This document shows, piece after piece, positions 56,905-64,000 of a stretch of 64,000 nucleotides of DNA; within the stretch, counting starts at the first letter, position 1; each line of letters starts with the position of its first letter. The notes below the pieces were generated by a model, which searched no databases, was not told the origin of the DNA, and was given only the letters and a program-made list of their open reading frames with translations. Made by a program: the position numbers and the translations under genes. This stretch comes from Octopus sinensis (lineage: Eukaryota): NCBI RefSeq assembly GCF_006345805.1, contig NC_043016.1:22940001-23004000 (forward strand), given 5' to 3'.

Positions 56905-58830
56905 TTCCGGTATAGCGTTTGTCAGTTGGATTGCTGGTTTTGTTTGTTAACTACGTGTTTTTTTTTCTGCCTTGGTGATGCGACGTTTTCCCTCTAATTT
57001 AATGGGTGTGAGGATTTGAACTATTCTTCTTTAGAATTTGTGTTGTCTGAAGAAGAAATGGTGAAATGTTTTAACAAGATTGACGCAGCAATAGAAACAA
57101 AGAATTACGCTGCAGCGGCAAAAGGAAAAATTGAAGACATAAGCCCGGAAGAGCTGAGCAAGTTCAAAGAAATACTTAAAAGGGAGGAGAACGACGTGAA
57201 AGTGTTCCCCACCACCACCAAAGAAGTGTTAAAAGATAAGGAAAAGAGAACGATTGTTTACAGAACATACGCGGTGGCAACAAGAAAAATAGAAGTGGTG
57301 TCGGATGCACAAGTTGAAAAGGCCTTAAAGCCAGTCTGACAAGAGATATCCTACCTTGCCACGGCAAGAAAGTACGGAACGGTGGATGTGAAGTTTCGGG
57401 ATATAGCTACCGCTAGATTGCACACAGCCACACTATTGAAAACGGACGAAGTGGTGCTTCTACCCGTATACCTTGGGAGACGTGCTTTCAGGGTTAGGGT
57501 AGAAGACATACCACCAGAAGTAAACTGCCCTTCTTCGGACTTTGTGTCGTCTAAGGAAGAAATGGTGAAGTGTATAAAGAAAATAGATGAAGCAATGGAA
57601 GCAAGAAATGATGCTGCATCAACAAAAGAAAAAAACAAAGATGGAGGATGTGAGCATGTTCAAGGGAATGCTTAAAAGGGAGGGGAAAGAAGTGAAAGTG
57701 TTCCTCCCACCAAGAAGTTTTAAAGGAAGTAGCAGAAAGAACAATAATTTACCAAACATACTCTGGCAGCAAGAAAGATCAAGATCATGTCAACGACTCA
57801 AATAGAAAAGGCACTGAGACCAATCTGGCAAAGGATTTCCTACCTTGCGAGAGGAAACAGTTTAGAACGGTGGAGGTACAGTTCAGAAAGGTAGCTACTG
57901 CCAGGCTGCACTCAGCAACACCGCTGAAAATGGATGAAGAGGTTCTTCTACCTATATACCTTGGGAGACGTGCTTCTAGGGTTAGGGCGGAAGAAATACC
58001 CCCAGAAGTGGATGTAGCCTGGCTGGTGGATGCCATACTGCTGGCATGGAGAAGGTGGTGGTCCTCCAGGCCACCAGAACACCCCTAGGAACTAGCAGGG
58101 ACAAACCCTTGATATGGTGGTGCAAGTCGCGGAAGAAGATATAGAAAAGATAGTGGGGACCATCACAGTAGGAGAGACAATATTGAAAGTCAGAGTGGAA
58201 GGGAGGATTCCGCGGTATTATAAATGTGGCCTGAAAAGCTACATTAGAGCGGATTGTCCTCCACCAGTAGAAAAGGCCAAGGAGAGACAGGAGAGTGAGA
58301 AAGTGTTTGGTGCTCCACTGCTCATGGAGGAAAAGGAAAGTGATGTGGCACCACAGACGAAGACAAGTACCAGCGTTGAAGAAGAGGAGGCGAATACCAG
58401 CTGGGAAATGGCGGAAAAAAAGAGAAGGAAAAGGAGAAAGAGGACACACGTGGTAAAGGACGACCCCTAACCTACACCCCGCCCCCCCCCCACACCCATT
58501 CTACCCCAATCACTCCCTACAGACACCAGCCTCCCACACCCTGTCTGACATAAAAAGGAGTCTCAAACTTACCCACTTCCGCCCTGTAAGGAAAATATGT
58601 AATAATGTACAATGGACAAAATGAAGAACTGTACAATGAGGTAGACTCGTGGGACAGAGTGATTAAAGTGGATGTAACGGGAGTAAGGGGTCTGCCCGAG
58701 AACATTCACTGCACGTTGGAGGACCGGGAATACCTGTTTAGATTACATAATTATGTGGAAATTTTTTACTGCGAGTGATAGGTCAAAAGAATAGACATCA
58801 GCACAATGCCGGAACGAATAAAGTATTTTG
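56905..58830 (+). mobile_element. Non-LTR retrotransposon ORF1/gag-like relic with internal tandem duplication
   Basis: ORFs 57016, 57382, 57870 and 58114; degenerate zinc knuckle RYYKCGLKSYIRADCP; basic KKRRKRRKR stretch; about 510-bp duplicated 5' part. Confidence 0.6.
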
Positions 58831-59064
58831 ATATTTTTAAAAATATATAACAGACATTATGAAAAAAAATGGTGTTTAACTGTTGCAAATAGTGGTGTAA
58901 ATAATTGTGTTCCAAAAAAAAAAGTTGTATTAACGGATTCATTAAAGCCGCTCGGTGTGGGGCAGAACGGCTTCATTTCATCTTTCATTCATTCATATTT
59001 TTTTTGTCCTCACTAGTGCTCTCCCCTCAATGTAAGGCCTTCATGGCCAATTTCATAAAATAAA

Positions 59065-59165
59065 GGAGCTTGCTTCCCAACCACATGGGCAAGTGTCTTC
59101 TACTATAGCCTCGGGTCAACCAAAGCCTTGTGAGTGGATTTTGTAGACGGAAACTGAACGAAGCC

Positions 59166-59263
<98 letters not shown>

Positions 59264-59285
59264 ATATATATATATTTATATATAA

Positions 59286-59326
<41 letters not shown>

Positions 59327-59530
59327 TATGTGTGTGTTTGTCTATGTTTGTCCACCCACCATCGCTTGACAATCGATGTGTGCTTACGTCCCCGTAACTT
59401 AGCGGTTCGGCAAAAGCGAACGATAGGATAAGCAGTAGGCTTACAAAGAATAAGTCCTGGGGTCGATTTGTTCGACTAAAGGCGGTGCTCCAACATGGCC
59501 GCTGTCAAATAACAAACAAATAAAAGAATA
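59065..59530 (+). mobile_element. SINE family A, CpG-intact copy
   Basis: Head partly deleted; body and tail as in 19757. Confidence 0.85.
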
Positions 59531-60601
59531 CATGATGAGAATTAAGGAGAGAATGGATAATTTTCACAGAAAGGAGGGATAATGTGTTGGTTGAAAACGA
59601 CAAAAACAAAGAAAAAAAACGCAGTAAACTTTGCTTTACAATTGATAACACTGTAATGCAGCAAATGATTTCAAAAACTAGTCCAAATTAATATGTGTAG
59701 CCGTTGAATCTGCATCAAATCATACCACATTGTCTTAAACAAAAAGAAAGATGTACACATTGGGTAACGTAGTCCTATGCTGTAAAAAAAAAGAAAGTGG
59801 TGACGGTTGGAATAATTTATAATGAGACACAATACAATCGATAACATAGTTAATCAAAATTGATTCAAATAAAGCCAATCAACAAATATCTTTCTATATG
59901 CTTTTGTTCACAAACTTAATGTCGAAACTGTGCAAATATTTGTTAATTCGTATGAAAATAAACTAAGCAACAAAAGAAGAAAAAAAACATTCAGCTCTTA
60001 AAAGAATACATGAATTCGGCCCATTCATATATCTCTTCATTTCTTTAAAAATGCAGTGACTACTACCAGTCTGTATTTCAAGGTTCGTGAGAAGTGCAAT
60101 TTTAAATGAAAAAACGTAAATCCAAAACAATGTTACTAAAACTCAATGACTGAAAAGCGAAGTTCGTACAGATTGTACCCACCCACAAAAACAACCGTAT
60201 TCACATAATAAATCAAAACACTTAAGAAGCTCGCTTTGCAACCATGTGGTTTCAGGTTCAGTCCCACTGCATGACACCTTGGGCTGGTGTCTTCCACAAT
60301 AGTCTAGGATCCACCATTGCCAAGTGAATTTACTAAACGGAAATTATGTGTACACAGGCACCAAACTAGTTAATAACCAACACACAAACTAGCAGGTAAT
60401 ATGGAGCTAAAACCTTTCGTTTTAAAATTACTACAAGATGGCTTGAGATAGGCTACATGTTGGCCGAAAATGACTTTAGTCCAACTAGAGATTTACAAAT
60501 TTTTCCACACTATCACATGGAAATGTTTGATTTCACTGTAAAAACTACTGGAAATTGTTGTGGCATTTCCATGTGCTTTGTCAATCCAGATTTACTTCTA
60601 C

Positions 60602-62213
<1,612 letters not shown>

Positions 62214-62227
62214 TACACACATATATA

Positions 62228-62470
62228 TAAGGTTGGCCAAAAGTCACCTGACAGTAAATAAAAAACCCCATCAAATTCCAAGATTAGAAAAAAGAAATTA
62301 ATTTATAAGGGACTTTGCTAATAAATAGACACGTGTTGGAAAAGAAACGGTGATTTAACTCATAGCATTCAATTATTAAACATTCGTAACTGGAATGAAT
62401 AAATAAATTTGATTATCAAGTATGTATGGAATTTTGATTTACTGTCGGATGACTTTTGGCCAACCCTGTA
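62228..62470. mobile_element. Tc1/mariner-type MITE
   Basis: TIRs GGTTGGCCAAAAGTCACCTGACAGTAAAT and ATTTACTGTCGGATGACTTTTGGCCAACCCTG-TA. Confidence 0.8.
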
Positions 62471-64000
62471 TATTAGTTTTTTTTACTGGTTATTGGACTG
62501 CATCCACGCTAAGGTACCGCCATCAAAAGGTTCAATCGCGTATATTGATCCAAGTAATTATTTCTAAATTTGGTACTATTTTATCAATAGGTATTTGCCG
62601 AACAGCTATGTTACGCTACAAGTGATAAACACTCGTTTCCGATTGACTTTCAAACTGTTTCATAACATTACTGGCTGCAGACCCAGTGCCCTTTCTACAA
62701 AAAGTCCTCTGTTCATCGTTGAGTCTCCATATCACCTCCAGTTAGTGATATTAGGTATTTTTTCTCTTCTTTGTACCAAGACCGTGGAGAACATTAGCCA
62801 TTAATGCAACAATGTATAAATTCAGGAATATCTGCCAAGTAAAAATTGTTGGAATACCTATTGCCACTGTTATAAACCAAATAAAAATCAGTTAGTTCTG
62901 AATCTGGTAGGCATTCTAGCGTTTCTCCACTCGGTCGCTTTTAATTTACCTTGTCCTACATATATTTATTTGTCCCAGTTTATTGTATTGTATAATGTAG
63001 TAAAGAAAAGACAATCAAACAAACCAGAGTTTCAGAAAGTCAACTTGTCAGTTAAACCTCTGAAACTATCTCTTTTGGAACAATAAGGAGCTAAAACATT
63101 GTTGTAGATGAACAATGGAACAGTTTCCCCTTTTAACATTGTTTGTACGTTCCAAAAAAATGCACTAAAGATAACATACTAATTCAATTTATAAAGTCAT
63201 GTTTTTATTTACGTTTGTGGTAATTCTCAATCATTTTATGACGTTATTGAGAATCAAATACAAATATGGTCTTTTATTAAATTATCTAAAAGGCACTTGA
63301 CAATCCGCTCCAAAATAAAACTTCGTAATTTTTACGTTTATTTAAACCTGTTCAATTTTCAATACAGTATAATAAATTCATTGAAAAGAATTACTAATTA
63401 TTCAACCTCGTTTGTTTCACGAACGTTACCCAATATATAATCTGAAGTCTCCCAGTATACAGTTTCTGTTTATTGTTTGCTTAATGTAGAAGACAACACT
63501 TAAAATATAAAACAATGGAAAGTAAAGAACGAAATGCTATTTAATAGATAATAAATTTACATTTCTAATGCAGAGGCTGTTCGACCTTAATACATTTAAA
63601 GCTTCCAAAAGTAACTCCACGGTTTCGATATATTGGAGTGCAAAATGGTTCCTAGAGGAACACTTATTGCCCCAGAAGAGATAGCTTCAGAGGCTTAAGG
63701 TTGAAAAAAGAAAAAGGAAAGAGAAAACGGTTGAAAGTAAATTTAACGCAGAACACAATTCTTTTTTGTCATCATTTGATTCCATTTGGTTTCCATTGAA
63801 TCAGGGATTGAAATTATCATGCGATTCATTAGGGTACGTCATTATGAATGCAACTTCAGCACGACCTACAATTAAAAAAAATTGCAAATCCGAAATCACC
63901 GGTTCATCAGTTTCCTAAAACAATGTGACGAGCTTCCACACAGTTTCCGTCGACCAATTCCACAGAAAATTGGTCGACCTGAAGCTACACTAGAAGTCAT

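Overview
This is an AT-rich, microsatellite-saturated animal genomic window. The SINE and LINE families look like those of Octopus (coleoid cephalopod); this is pattern recognition, not a database match. One protein-coding gene is supported: a + strand, intron-rich AtuA/DUF1446-family gene. Twelve GT-AG exons between 2187 and 45663 join in frame to 1173 nt (391 codons). The 5' exons lie upstream of the window, and the expected last exon was not found; a 100-N gap sits at 47135-47234. The rest is transposon-derived: several tRNA-headed SINE families, a headless RTE-tailed element with tandem structured modules, Tc1/mariner, pogo-like and Merlin DNA transposons and MITEs, Penelope GIY-YIG fragments, CR1/RTE LINE fragments and a duplicated ORF1-like relic. 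The main highlights are an intact canonical type I hammerhead ribozyme at 52501-52599 and decayed or variant hammerheads at 26015-26105, 24377-24412 and 44511-44544. Also notable are a tandemly repeated H-type pseudoknot module in the headless element, several long near-perfect intronic hairpins, and a CpG-decay contrast between the gene body and the region after the gap. Nearly all ORFs in the supplied track are microsatellite or repeat artefacts.
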